Shown here piece by piece: positions 40,552 through 54,187 of a stretch of 64,000 nt of DNA (positions are counted from its first letter, which is position 1; each line of letters begins with the position of its first letter). This DNA is from Paramecium tetraurelia. Taxonomy: Eukaryota. The notes below the pieces were generated by a model. It was given only the letters and a program-made list of their open reading frames with translations. It did not search any database and was not told the DNA's origin. The translations under genes were made by a program, and so were the position numbers. The stretch covers positions 62,001 through 126,000 of the forward strand of contig CT868069.1 of the NCBI GenBank assembly GCA_000165425.1, in the 5' to 3' direction.

Positions 40552-41420
40552 TCAAATAAAAGGTCTTCTCTCCCCAGGCTTGGTAATAAATTCCCTCTTT
40601 TTACTTGCCTTGTCAAAAGCAGAGTTGGTCTCATACCTTCCAGGTCCTGGCGCAAAACTAAAAGATTAGAAGGGATTCTTCTTCTCCCCAATTCCAAGGG
40701 ATATTTTCTAAACTTACGTATTAACAATACAGAGAATCTATTGGGAACAGTCAAACAGATTTAAGGTTGGTATGCCTCCGGTCCAGGTACTCCGTTTTCT
40801 CTTTGATCGTTGAACATTTTCCCCTTTCCTTTTAATTGAAATTGATATCTGTGCTAACCTAAATCCTAACGTACAGTGTATTCTCCAGGTCCTTCATTAG
40901 ACTCATATGTTACCTGGCAGATAACGTGCTACTTCAGGTGATAAATGCTTATTGTAAGGCAAGTATGTTTTAGAGTAAGCATCCCATGCCAAACCAAAGG
41001 ACTTTTTTAATTTATCATTTCCTGGTTCCTAACGCACTTAATATCTATCTGGACTCGGTAGTTCTTTAGCATTGACCTTCTACCATTCATATTAAAATAC
41101 TATTTTATTACCAAACCCTTATTAGGTGAATCTAATGCATAATCAATATATTTGATAACCTTTTTCCTAATTGTGAAGGCAATTCCAATTTGGTGGGCAA
41201 TTACAATTAAGATTGAGTATGGAAGCGATTTGCCTTAGGAAATGATATTTAAGGCGATGTGTGTCTCAAAGTGCTTGATGAAATGTTTGTACTCAATCCT
41301 ATGTTATTTAAAAAAAGGGTGTTGGTGCTATAAAATTACTATGAACTAGAATTCATTTCTCCAGGTTCAGTATTCCCTCAAATTACAACAACTAATAGTA
41401 CCTTTGTGCTATTATTCCAT
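40552..41420 (-). CDS. Second ODF3/STPG-like PGP-repeat protein
   Basis: PSPDRY, PEVARY, PGEY, VPGPEAY, APGPGRY repeats; several short introns. Confidence 0.8.
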
Positions 41421-41488
41421 TCTTAAATAATTATATAAAAATCTATTCACTATTATTACAGAGTATTTTTGTTTATAAATAAATTTTT

Positions 41489-43290
41489 ATGAATCAGTTG
41501 AAATTTGTTAGATCAAAGAGTACAACAAGATCGAGTCCTTTGAAAAGGATCCACTAAAAATTAAGATAAGTTTAAAAGCCTGGAAAACTGAATGTCAGTG
41601 TTGGAAAGAGCAGAGAAACATCTTAAAATAAGGAAGTAATACATGTATCGACTCCAAAGGAGAAGGTCGAGAAATTACTCTAATAATTGTCAATATATCA
41701 AAAAAATTCGAAAAAGTCATACTTAGAAACTCCGGAAAGAACCCAATCGTTCGTTCCTTTGTCACATGAAAGAAACTTATTCAACGAATCTATTAAACTT
41801 TAAGACTCCGCTTATGGATTCTATAATAACAACATATACCACAAAAATAAACAGAACAATTAAGTCCTTAATCTGTAGCCTAAAATGGAAGAAAGTACAA
41901 TAACAGAAAAATTAGATGCTTTTTAATTGAAATAATAAAAAAGGAATTCCTCCGATCAAACCACCTTTGATTAATAATCCCCTTCAAATACTATTTATGG
42001 AAATGCCACCATCTCCCAATTCTACTATAATAAAGAAATACTAAAATAGAGCTATTCAATTAATTAACAACAAAATTCTGATTAAAAACAATAGTATTTC
42101 TACAAATAACCATAACTTCCATAAAAGAATGGCCCACAAAGTCAATCCCACTCTCGAAACAATTCATTTAAAAATCAATCGAAAGAAAATGCATACAATG
42201 CAACCTCTCAAGAGTAACTCATTAAGAAAAAGAATGAATCTAAAAACGATTATGATGAAATAATCTTAGAAATCTATCCATAATTCTTGAAGCAATGCCA
42301 ATAGAATGCAATTACAAAAAAAACGATAGTAGAATAGACAGAAGAGGAAGAGCACTTACCAACCAAATTGAGTACTAAATCCCCATAATAAGTCCAACTC
42401 TATAGTGAATTATTAACTGACAAATCTTTGGTTTTAGTTTCGCCCAAAGTAGTGAAGGACATGGAAATGCAAACTAGTTTTACTTAACCTATGAAAATAT
42501 CTCAAGACACTTCTGAAAAACCAACTATTTCAACTTAATTTCGACACTGTGAATGCATCTGTTTAGACTAAATTAAAAAAGAAGAATCTTGGATTATTCC
42601 AATATTAATTTTCATATATGTCACCGTAGAACAATAACAATCGGTAAGATATTGATTTGTTATCTCTGGGAGATTTCCAATCAGAAATATTACATAGAAC
42701 CTAAAGTGAATTTGAAAGAGATTTTAATTCTCAGGGTAAACAGAAGTAGAAATTAGAAATGTCTAATGCTAAGATTTAAGATTTTAGTATTCATCCATAG
42801 GTAACCCAAACAAAACAGTAAACTTATTAATAAAATGACAGTAGGTAAATATTTATAATTACTAATCAGATCATTTTTGTTAAGTCAAAAGAGCAATTTG
42901 TTTTTATCGAAAGAATAATTGTTAGATCCACAAGATGATAATCATCCCTATTATCTGCAAGCTGAACCCAAAGAAATAAACTCTAATTTCTATCTGAAAT
43001 AGGGCAATCAAGAGAATGTATCTTAAGAACATTCAAAATAAAGAAGAACAAACTTATCAAACCATAAATTGGAGAAGGGATCTTCATTTTCGAGTACACA
43101 ATGTTATAAAGATCATTTAAATATATTATTGAGTCAATCCTAATAGGGGAATGTTAGAGACAGTTAGCATAACCCTTATTTAAACTAAACCAATTCCATT
43201 AAAAAGAAATAAAACTACCCTTTGAAAACTAATTCATTTAGCAGTCAAAAAACCAAGAAAAAGTAGAACATCTTAAAAACCAAAAAATGA
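41489..43290 (+). CDS. Low-complexity Q/S/K-rich hypothetical protein
   Basis: ATG 41489, mostly TGA-free frame with putative short introns, TGA 43288-43290; exon structure not fully resolved. Confidence 0.6.
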
Positions 43291-43331
43291 ATATTTATAT
43301 ATATATACAAACTTAAAGTATAAAATTATTA

Positions 43332-44845
43332 TCAACATTTATGAACACTTAAGTTCTACGAATTTAATATTGATATAATATCAGTTAAATGGTTATTTTC
43401 AGAACAGTTAAGATCCTACAAATTTATGTCTTCATCATCATCTGATTCTATGCTTGCAATACTTAACCTTTATGTAGGTCTGGTTAATTTAACTTCCATT
43501 GAACTTTATTCTCTAATTTCCAATATTGTTCTTAAACTAGGCAATAGTTTCTATTTTCCAATCTATTTAAATTTGGCTTTTTCGTTGACAAACCAATGAT
43601 GATTACTCAACTCTTACAAATCTTTTCTCTTAATAGGATCTGGTTGAATTAAGTATTGCAATAGATCAATCTAAGAGAGGCTCAGAATGGATTTCTCTGA
43701 TAATGCTTATTCTTATCTTAATCTAAGGAAGGAAATATCGATATTTTCAATGGATTTGCTAAAAGATTGGCAACTCCCTTTGATAACAGGCTTGTAGACA
43801 CAAAGGTAGAATAGAGTACATCCTATTTAGAATTAGTCAATTTTCTGTGGGTATTGGACATTGCATAATTGCATCTCTGGGGGTATCCATTACTTAGGTA
43901 ATTTCTTTATTAGTTAAACAACTCCTATTTCTTCTCTGTAAGCGAAATTAATCAATACTATTTGCAACTGATCTAAGGAAGCATTCCTCAACAGAATTAT
44001 ATTCTGAGGAGTTATTTAGGCATGATATAAATTTTGTTTATGTAAAAATTTTACAAACTTAATTAGTTAATATACTATGTTGGATATTTGTGTGGAATTT
44101 AAGACTAAACCTTATTCCAATAATTTGTATAGTGGATCTCCAACCCAATACTCATATAATATATATAAGTGTTATTGATCTTCATATAATGAACAATATT
44201 TAAGTAAACAAGGGTGTTTCAGACTCATGAGGATGTTGACTTCATTCATCAATTATTCATAAAGCGATGGATTTTTGTCGAAGTCTTGTAATCTAAAGAT
44301 ATTTACTGTGTAAACCGAATTATTCTTATTTTTAACACAAGCAAAAACATTAGGGACATTGGTTCTCTCTTTAATTGTGTATTTTTATAAAAAGTTGGAC
44401 AATTTACAAAATTTCTTAGCATATTTAGTCCACTAAATGTACTTAAATTCTTTACATTGGTTAAATCTTTTAATGTAATAAAGAACAAATAAGTTTATCC
44501 AAGTTGATTACATAATTTCAAGCCTTGAGCATTAAACTCACGATATTCGATTTTCGTTTTTTAAATTGTGCATGTTGACAGGATTAAAAACAAATTATCC
44601 GAGATAATCATGTTTGGATACAATTCCAATTTCTGCAAAACAAATTATTCTTATTCTAAATTGTAAATATAAATCTCTGATTATAGTAAGAAATCGTTTT
44701 ACACAAACGCTTTTGGTAACTATTTCATATTTGATTGTTGCAATTCATGTTTAGAGAAAGCATCTGTAAAATTTAGAAGCCATCCGAAATCATAAGTAGA
44801 ATTATGATTTATAAAAGTATTCTGTTTTCTTTTTTATATTTACAT
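43332..44845 (-). CDS. PH-like domain plus CAMK-like pseudokinase
   Basis: NEVNILMSLKHP, LYEDQQHLYILYEY, FLHKQNLYHAQITPQNI, LINFA, GYPPE, KIDQFQIGCTLFY; PH-like N-terminal region ending NWTKYAKKFC. Confidence 0.8.
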
Positions 44846-45271
44846 AATTTAATAATATAAATATTTATATTCATACTTGCTTGAGAATCCCATACTCACC
44901 ATCATACCTTTTTTTGATTTTGAATTTACTACTTATTAAAACCCTGTAATATAAATGAGTATACACAAATGTTATAATTATATCACTTTGAAATGACAAT
45001 GTCCATATAACAATTAATTTAATTGAAATCATAAATTATTTTTCCACTTGAAATGAATTATAGAGATTAATTTTTCAATATCAGTAATATAATTTCCTCA
45101 AATTTGTTGTTCTGTAATCCATTTCCAATTCATGCGTACCAATTATATAGAGTCAATGCTCATAGCTAAATTTTATTGTTTTTTATAAAAATAGCAGAAA
45201 GTGCTTTGCTGAATGCTAAAATGAAGGTTTAGTTGAGATTCAAATAATAAATGAATTTTAATATCAAGTAT

Positions 45272-45502
45272 TCAGAATTATGTATTGGCCGAATTTGATC
45301 TTTTGAAATGATGTTATTGGAGAGTTGAATTAACTTGATTTGGACAGTCAGAGGCTCGAAATTATAGATAAAGTGCATAATTATCGAAAGTGACTTTTTT
45401 CAAGGTTTTTCTAGTTTTTTCTTCTGCAGGCGAAGAGAGTAGATGGTTAAGTTAATCGCCAGTAAGACTACAGATTTGATTTAGTCTCATTTTTTTAGAC
45501 AT
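45272..45502 (-). CDS. 76-aa protein with RVxF-type motif (KKVTF)
   Basis: MSKKMRLNQICSLTGDQLNHLLSSPAEEKTRKTLKKVTFDNYALYLQFRASDCPNQV..NTQF*; ATG in A/T-rich context, TGA 45272-45274. Confidence 0.6.
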
Positions 45503-45701
45503 AATTAATAAAATAAAAAAAAGAATGAATCTAAATCAGCTTTAATTCTAAATAAATCTTAACTTATCTTAAATCTATAAAATATAAATTATGAAGACCT
45601 AGAAGAAATCAAAAGCATTATGAACAAAATTGAAAATTTTTAAATTAATTCATCACTAATTTATCTCTAAACAAATGACAAAATATGTTTTTGTTATTAA
45701 A

Positions 45702-47601
45702 TCATTAAATTTTTTATAATAAAGTCACTTGATTTCTACCAACGCTGGAAAGTAATGAAACAATAGAAGAAAATGTCATTTGCTAAGTATTAAATGGATC
45801 CAGTATGCACATAAATTTAATTATTTCATCTTCACTCAAATTGAGATTTGTCAAATTCATTAATTATCTAAATTATACCTTTAAGATAATATTTATTTTA
45901 CATCTGTCAAATATCCTTTCTTCTCTGTATCCACTTATCTAAATAACTTTAGAAACTTTTATAAGTATTTCTCATGAGTAAACAATTAAAAGTCTAAAAT
46001 TGAAGTGACAAATTAACAATATTCTAATTTGTTCCCTTGTAATTTGATCTAATTCAACTTTTACAATAGCACTTAACTATCCTCTTGATTGTACATGTAA
46101 TTCACAATCTCCTAGCATTCATCAAAGCTAAGATAGTTTTACATCTTTTGATTCCACATCTCTTTGATATCTGTCATATTTTTCAAAGGATTCTTCTATC
46201 TCAAAAACATACGCAATAATTCTGCGATTGTTTGTTTTACTTAAATCTGCACAAATCTAAATTCTTCATCGCATTCATTTCTCAGTATCTTGCCAAACAC
46301 ACATACATCATTGTCTTCCTAACTTAATCTTTTCACGCTCTAAATTATCGTACTAGCCTATTCAATAATTATATTCTAATTTATCTTTTAGTAAAATATA
46401 CCTTTAATCCATATTTTTAATTCAAAAATGTGTACATATGTTATTCCATTGTTTCCCTTGCTTGCTTGGTTTCCTAACATTTCTAGTCATACTTAGCCTT
46501 TGAATCATAAATTTCCTAAATCTATTCCTTTAACTATTTTAAAGGTATTAATTTTGCAGTCGACAAAAGCGATCCCTCATTCTATAAACTACTTTATAGA
46601 GATTTCTCCTTTATTGCTGATGTATCTATTCTTTTGTTGGTAGGTTTCAAGGCTTACTGTTACTATTATTACAAATTTTGTTGTGGTTATTTTGAATCAT
46701 AACTAGCTTTGCCATGTCTAATAATAAGATCCAAATATTTTTGGTTCTCTTCTTAACACATTTATATTGTTTGTTGTTACTCTTATAAATCTGATTCTAA
46801 TTATTTTATCAAATATTCTTGTTTCTCCAATTTTTCAATATATTAACTCACTGGATTAATTGCATCTTGACTCAATATGATGTTAGTTAATTCTTTAAAA
46901 ATATTTGCATGATCATCATGAACCATTTGAAAGAAAGCACCCACCTTTTGATCCAAACTTTAAGCATATTCAATTATCATATTAAAGTTTAATTCCTAAA
47001 GAGCATATTTTGCTCTTAACACGTGAGTTTTTGCTTTAAACACTGGTAAGTCTTTAGATAATCGTAATGAGAGATCCTTCATCACGTTTTTAACATGTTC
47101 ATCAAACAGATTTCTCATCCTGTCATCCTTTGTAATCTCTATTAATTTCTCGAATTAGATTGCATATTATTCTAATTCTTTTTATTTGAAAACAACTGGA
47201 TTGATTTCCCGATTGTTGAGAAATCTCAATTATGGCAAATTCTCCTATATTATTTAGGCTTCTTCAGGTTTTATTGTAATGTGCAATTTCGTTAGTTTTG
47301 ATAATTGTTATAATTGCTTAATGACAATTTCAAAATCTAAAGGGTTTTATGATACATCCAATTCTTCAATGTAGAGAATGGCTAAGTTATTGCTCAACTG
47401 AGTCAGGTTATTACCTTGGAGATTAATCTTAAATTATGAATTATCTAATACATATTTTAATCTTTGGAATCTAGCGAAATTCTCTACTAAATGATTGATG
47501 CTATCAAGTTACCTTATTATGATTGATATTTCATACCTAAACTCTAAATTTATGTTAGTAGTATTCGGATTGAGACCTTGTAAAATTTATTCAACGTTCA
47601 T
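45702..47601 (-). CDS. LRR + coiled-coil + conserved domain + EF-hand protein
   Basis: LRRs INLQGNNLTQL, ELDVSQNPL; RETMEQHMYTFLNQKYGLK..VFGKILRNECDEEF; EF-hand-like VDTEKKGYL and LDPFNTQQMTFS. Confidence 0.8.
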
Positions 47602-48391
47602 AAATATTAAAAATAAAACAATCAAATTAAAACTCTCTAAAAAAAGATAGGTATTTTTAGGTTACTTAATCTCTAACCAAAGAAAAACAAATAACTTATT
47701 TCGATCTCAAAAATTATAAGACTATTTTTTGGATGCAAAAAACAAGCTTAGGTTTGAATTTAAAAAGCTATTAGTTGTGACACTAAATCTTCTTAGATAC
47801 ATTATGATAATGTACAAGTAAGTACAATTAATATTAAAGACTATTTGATGATCACAATATATTTTTAATGCTCGAAAAATTATTATATTTCATATTTCAA
47901 AAACAATAATTAATTTATTTAAAATAATTTAACTAATAGCAATTCAATTCAAAAAGAGCACTACGAATTGTCTAATTTATTTTATTTTGAATAATTTTCA
48001 TTTTTTGATCAGACTTTCACTTTTATTTATTTATTTAGCCAGATATGTTGATTAAAGAAATTTCAGTTAAAGAAATTAGTTAAATTGTAAGAAATATTTT
48101 AAATAATTGTTATTACGAATAATTTCTTGATAGTTGTATCATACTTTCTTGAAAGTTATGCTAAATGAATGTCCTTTATTTATATTCTACCATATTACAT
48201 TTAGGTATTCAAATCAGGGTTTCAAAGTTAATTGAATTTTATCTTAAAATCTCTGCTTATGGTTTTTGTTTGTCATAAATGATATATAAATAAATTAAAT
48301 TGACCTGAAATAATGTAGTTCAGTTATTATTGACTTAGTATTCGCAATATAAGTTGAATCTAAAAATAATTGAGATAATATTAATTATTTT

Positions 48392-49432
48392 ATGAATCCA
48401 TTTTAATAGTTTATTAACCCAGGACAGCAATAGTATTACACTTAAATGCAACAATTATAGTCGATCCAATACCTACAAGTATTTATATTATATTAGGCTA
48501 GTATTTGCACCTGCTTAGCACTATTCAAAATAATTGTACAAATCAATAAAATGTTCAGATCCCTTCACTGAATCCTCTTTAATAATTTTCTCTTCTTTCT
48601 TAATCATCTCAAAGAACAATACCCTCAGCCCAATAGCCTGATATTCGTACTAAGAAAAGTTAATCTGAAAGAGTCTTACCAAAATAGAAGAAAGAAAATG
48701 AAATTCTTAAATAATTTTCACAAGATCAAATTTTACAAGAACTCAAGCAATTTCTAGAGTATTTGAGCAAAAATGAAGTTAAGGAAATGGATGAGAGTGA
48801 AAAAAATCGATACGCAGTATTGAATATCAATATTATGTTAGATATTGACAAAAATAGATGATTCTTTAATAGACACACTTATCAATCGATATTAAAAATA
48901 AAAAAAAACTAAAGAAGAATAGATTAAGTTTATCATAAGAAAGTGCTTTAAATATCTCAAATAAAAGATGAATTTAAATGAGTTGACGATGAGTGCATAT
49001 GAAATAGAAAAGGTCTTCTATAAGGAGTACTTCATGACTGACGAGAATATTGAAGACTTAATCCCCTTTCGATAAGAATCCTCAAACAAAACAATGAATA
49101 ATTCCTTCCTAAAGAAAATTTTCTCCTCTGAAAAGTTTTATTAAGGATACCTTGAATATTTAGGTATTCATTATCAATTATCATTAGAAAACTTTGATGA
49201 AATATGGGATTAAGAAAATACTGAAAAGATTTAGAATATGACCAAATAAGTAATGAAATTTATTGCATCTGGATAAATCGACGTAAATAGTATTTATAGT
49301 CCTTAGAAAATATCCTCTTACAAAAGAGTACCATGGATTTCGTCTATGAAATAAAGATGTTATGAATTAGCTGTTTCGTTTAAAGCATACCATGAGCAAG
49401 AGGAAACAAACAAAAAAGTTAAATTAGAATGA
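48392..49432 (+). CDS. Hypothetical protein with Q-rich N-terminus and basic conserved-looking domain (possible nuclear factor)
   Basis: KKKTKEEQIKFIIRKCFK..FYKEYF..IPFRQESSNKTMNNSFLKKIFSSEKF..KRVPW; several short introns. Confidence 0.7.
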
Positions 49433-49785
49433 TAATATTTTATTTAATTTGCATACACAAAACCCCCTTTTTATAATATTTAATAAACTGTTATTTCAAG
49501 TAATTCTCAAAAGTATTATTTTTGAGCAAATTCGAAGTATGCAGCCTTTTCTGAATACAGGACTAAGACCTTGTTATAATAGATGCTAGCATTTAAAACC
49601 ATTGTTTTATTTCCATAAGACGATTGACTTTCGGTAATAAAATAAGATTCGATAAAGTAGATTTCGAATAGCAACAAAAAGTCATTGATTGATTTGCAAA
49701 ATAATTATAATTTTTGAGATTATTCCTTATATTAATATTATGAATATTTTAATTAAATAATCTCAAATTGATCATTAATTATCTA

Positions 49786-50643
49786 ATGAAGAATCAAAAA
49801 AAGGCAATCATAATATCAAGTGAAGAGAGTGATGAACCAAAATTAATATAATAACATCAAGGAAAAAAGAGATTAATCAGAAACGATTTTGAAAAGATAA
49901 ATGAAGACTTGAGAAAAAATGAAATTAAATAAAGACATAGAAAAGTTATTTTTGATGATGATGGGGAAACAAGTGAAAAAAATGAAAATGTAAAGGAAAA
50001 CTTTGTTGAATAAAAAAAAAAATACAAATTAATTAAAAAACAAGAAATCATAGTTTAAGCGGCTTAATAAGAAGCTACTTCCTGTCCTGTTTGTTATACG
50101 GATTTAGAAATAATTTAAGCAGCTATTTTATAGTGTGGACATCTATTTTGCTAAAAATGTATATAAATATAGTGCGAAAAATACTAAAATAATTGTCCTT
50201 TGTGTAGAAAATAATATCAAAATGTATTTTATTAAACTTATATAAATTATAGTATACGATTTGTATTAGAGGAGATGATGGAGAATATTTGAGGGGTTAA
50301 TTAATTAAATTAAAAAAGAAAATAAAAAAGCAATAATATCTGGATGGAAATGACGATGAAGAAAATGAGGAAGAATACAGTCAAGCATAAAGTTCATTAC
50401 ATCAATCAAGCTTTGTTTAGGATAGTCAATGTAAATTCTATTATTACTATTTAAGATGATGCTGGAGATAGTTTTATTGTAGCAGATGATGAATGTTGCG
50501 AAGAATGTCAAGGGAATGAGGATATGGAATCCATGCTATTTTGTAAGAAATGCGGATGTGTAGTTCGACACAGTTATTGCTAGGCATCTAATACTACAAA
50601 TAAAATATTATGCTACACATGTAGAACATATTAATAACGATGA
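49786..50643 (+). CDS. RING finger + PHD-like finger protein
   Basis: C3HC4 RING CPVC..CGHLFCQKC..CPLCR; then CEEC..MLFCKKC..HSYC..LCYTC*. Confidence 0.88.
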
Positions 50644-50699
50644 ATTATGCATTTCTTAATTTTTATATTAATAATATTTTTTAATTACTTAATAATATT

Positions 50700-51635
50700 A
50701 TGAAGTTTTAAATCTTTTTAATTATTTCATAACAATTCCTTTATTTTGCATTCTCAGCTTGTATTGATCAAGCTCGAACCCCTTTAATAATTGGGAAAAT
50801 ACCCTCTTGTCCATTTTATGATGATAAGCCAGTCTGTTGTAGACAGGATAATGTAGATTAGATGATCTCTAATTATCGGTCTATTGATGCAACTTTTGGT
50901 TTAGATGGAGGAGGATGTGATATGTAATACATTATTCAAATATATATTTTAGATGTGGAGCTAATTTAAAACGATTTTGGTGCATTTACACTTGTGATCC
51001 AAATCAAACCAATTTCATAGAGTACACAGGTCGAGCAAATGTTACAGACCCTGCAAATAAAAATAGATTAATCGAAGTCCAGCTCGTATCCCTAACAACA
51101 AAACCTCAAATAGCATGTGTAAATTTGTAGACCTATGTCGTTTAGGAAGTGTATTCATCATGTTCTCGTACATCATTTGTCGGTCAAGTTTCTGCTATGC
51201 AATCTCCTGGAGGATTCTTTAATTTCTTAGGGGAATAGGCTATGTATTTATTTTCATTAAGGACTTAGAACACAAGGACAACAATTTATTTAATTTGAGT
51301 TTTCAGATCATAATTCCATGATAATGGATGATACTTGGATGTGTAATCACAAGTCCAACATTACCACAGTCGATGATCAAGGAGTAATTCACTACTGGGA
51401 TTAGTACGGATATGAAATTAAATAGTAATGTGGATGCAACACTTGTGAAGACAGTTGTGACATTAATTCAATTTTATACGAACCCACTGGAGTATTATAT
51501 GGGTTTGAGACATCTTATGTACTATTTACTTGGCTATTTGCAATATTATTTGCACTTGGTATTACAATAATCAGAAAATATCAAAAAAATAAAGAAACTA
51601 TTGAGAACTTAGATATCGGTTTAATTACAAGTTGA
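50700..51635 (+). CDS. Stand-alone Niemann-Pick C1 N-terminal-domain protein with one C-terminal TM helix
   Basis: Signal peptide; CPFY..VCC; CDICGANLKRFWCIYTCDPNQTNF; VYSSCS; FFNFLG; CGCNTCEDSC; TM YVLFTWLFAILFALGITII; three introns. Confidence 0.85.
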
Positions 51636-51882
51636 GTTTTTATGCATATAAATTATTTTCCTTTCAATTGTTATCCTTATATTTAGTGAAAATACACAGG
51701 TTCAACTACTTTATTCAATACCTTTCTTAGTCTATAGTTTTATTATAATAATCATATGGAATTTTAATAAAATCCTAAATTCCACAAGTTAAATTCTAGA
51801 GGATTCTTATTATATAACTTTGGATTCATAAACTTACTATATATATTATATAATAGTTTATTATATTCTTATAAATTAAATT

Positions 51883-53124
51883 TCATTTCTTTTTATTTTT
51901 TAAGTTCCCTTTTGATGATTAGCTGCTTAATTTAATAGGATCCTCTGAGTTTCTGTTTGATTTCGCTTCATATTTTTATACTTCTTTGATTGCTTCCGTA
52001 TTTTTAGTTAAAAATAAAGCACTTCTCTCGTCAATTGACTTTTGTAAGTTTTATTAAAACTATTGTAACGAACCTTGTCTTTCTGCATTATATTTTTATA
52101 CTAATTCTTAAGCCTTCTTAATCATTTGTGTGTCTTCGCTAATTTAAATTCTTTTCCTATAATTGGCCTTAACTTAAGGTAAATATGGTTATAAAATTGA
52201 GACTTTATTAATGGTTTATAAAGCATTCTACTACACTTTTCTTTATAATTAATAAAATTCTTGCATTTTTTTTTTCTCATCTTATTTCCTTGTTTCCTCT
52301 TCAATTTATTTTTCTTTTATGAATATCTCAAAGTTTTTAAGATCATTTTCCATTTGTTTTTTCAATTCTTCCCTCCTCTTTTTTTCTTTTTCTTTTTTCT
52401 CCTTTTCAATTTCTTCCTTTGTTTTTTTATTCTTTTTTTTCTTTTCTACAACAACCTATTCTTACTATTCTTATTGACTTTCATCTTCTTTGATGCTTTC
52501 ATTTTTATTTGATTATTTTTCTTCATCATCTTTAGTTTCTTTTTTTTTTCCTTCTTGAGATGTAACTTCCTCATTCAAGTTATTTTAATCTTAATCATCT
52601 TTAAATTCTGAGTTTTAATGATCTTATTACGATTCATTATCCTATTATTCTTGTGTCTTTGGTTCTTATTTTTATTCACTTTGATTGCTTTTCTCAATAG
52701 ACTAATTATCATTAATCTCATTTTCATCTTTATCTGATTCCTTAAGAGGAGTTTAGTGTTCAACATTTTCATCTTATTATTATTGAACTTGTTCCTCGAC
52801 TTTATTTTATTCTTAAACTTTATTTTCCTATGCACCTTAATCCAATTTTTCGATTTCATCATCATCATCATCAAAATACCCATTATTTTTTTTATTATTC
52901 TTTTTAGCTTATTCCTATTGATCACCATCACTAAAGTATTCAAATTCTTCATCTATCTCTTCATTTTTCTAATTTTCTTCTTGCTCACCTTACTCACCTT
53001 TCTTATCCTTATCGATTTCTTAGTTGTTTGTCTCTTCCTTTTGCTTATCCTCATTTTTTCCATTATTCAATAGCCCGTCATCTTCTTAGATATCATCAAA
53101 ATTTATCTCTGACTCATTGTCCAT
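51883..53124 (-). CDS. Highly charged D/E/K/Q low-complexity protein
   Basis: MDNESEINFDDIQEDD..., TGA-free frame to TGA 51883-51885; no domain recognised. Confidence 0.75.
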
Positions 53125-53390
53125 TATATTTAAAATTATATATTTTAAAAGTTTTCAAAGTCAACTTATAGTATTTAGTTATACTTATATAATATTTGTC
53201 TGTAATACTAGATTGATATTTGATGAATCACTTATTAAAGACACATGATCTAACAGATTTCGAGAATTAATTCTATTTATCTTATAATCATTGTAAATTT
53301 CATATGAACACTGCATTTGTTTTAGATTTATGATGGATTTATAAAAACATGAAATTTGATTGGATTGGCAAAGTTAAATTAGTGATAAAT

Positions 53391-54187
53391 TCATTTTAAT
53401 AAATCATCTAATAATCCAATAGCTGTAAGAACTTATTATTGTGCATTTTTATATTGTTTAAAATCAAGCTCCGAAATAGCTGCCCTTATTTTAATTTTGA
53501 AATCCTTCTCTAAATTCTCATATTTTTCAATTTGCTAGGTTTTTTTCCATTCAAACTTTCCAATTTTAGGAGGTTCAATCCCTTATATTGCTGGTTAATT
53601 GTATATGTTCTCAGGAGGGACATCAAATAAATAGCTATCAACAAATATGCCAATATTTATCTTCTAATTGTTAATGTATATCCCACTCTTCTCCATTTTA
53701 TTATATTATTCTATTGCTTTACATTATGAATATTTCTCTAGAATAGTATTTTATTTTACTCTTTTCATGAAAATCATCTCTATGAGGCTTGAAAAAGGCT
53801 AGAAGAGAAAACAAATGCACAATAAATATAAAGGATGTACACAAATCATCTTTCCCTTGTCTCTCCTAATCATCTATATCATTAAAAAGTCTCAATGCTG
53901 AATCCTCAATATTCCGAATATCTACTTCAAAGGATTAAAATCGTTATTCATTTTATTTCCTCAATTTATCGATCTCTTATCTAATCACAGTTATTTGTTT
54001 GTTTAGAACCTATTTTTTTGATAAAAGCAAAGAATACTGTATAATTGGGCACCTTGAAATCACTATTGGTGTAGGTTAGAACCTTTTTAATTGCAAAATA
54101 TTTAATGTAGTATGCCATAGGAGGATTGATTAATTTTATTTAGTCTCCAAGAAGCAACATTGTGTTTAAGTAATCAAAATTGATCAT
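53391..54187 (-). CDS. VTA1: Vta1/LIP5-like (Vps4 cofactor) protein
   Basis: N-terminal NPPMAYYIKYFAIKK (MIT-like) and C-terminal IRAAISELDFKQYKNAQQQVLTAI (VSL-like); divergent. Confidence 0.65.

Noticed and set aside
52122..53073. Phe/Leu-rich + strand ORFs and Lys/Asn-rich - strand ORFs
   Set aside because: Antisense or out-of-frame shadows of the charged low-complexity gene 51883-53124
51883..53124. Initial resemblance to nucleolar Ebp2-type proteins
   Set aside because: Only compositional similarity; no conserved domain motif found
53221..53390. TGATGA word as a possible C/D snoRNA box C
   Set aside because: No matching CTGA box D or terminal stem at suitable distance
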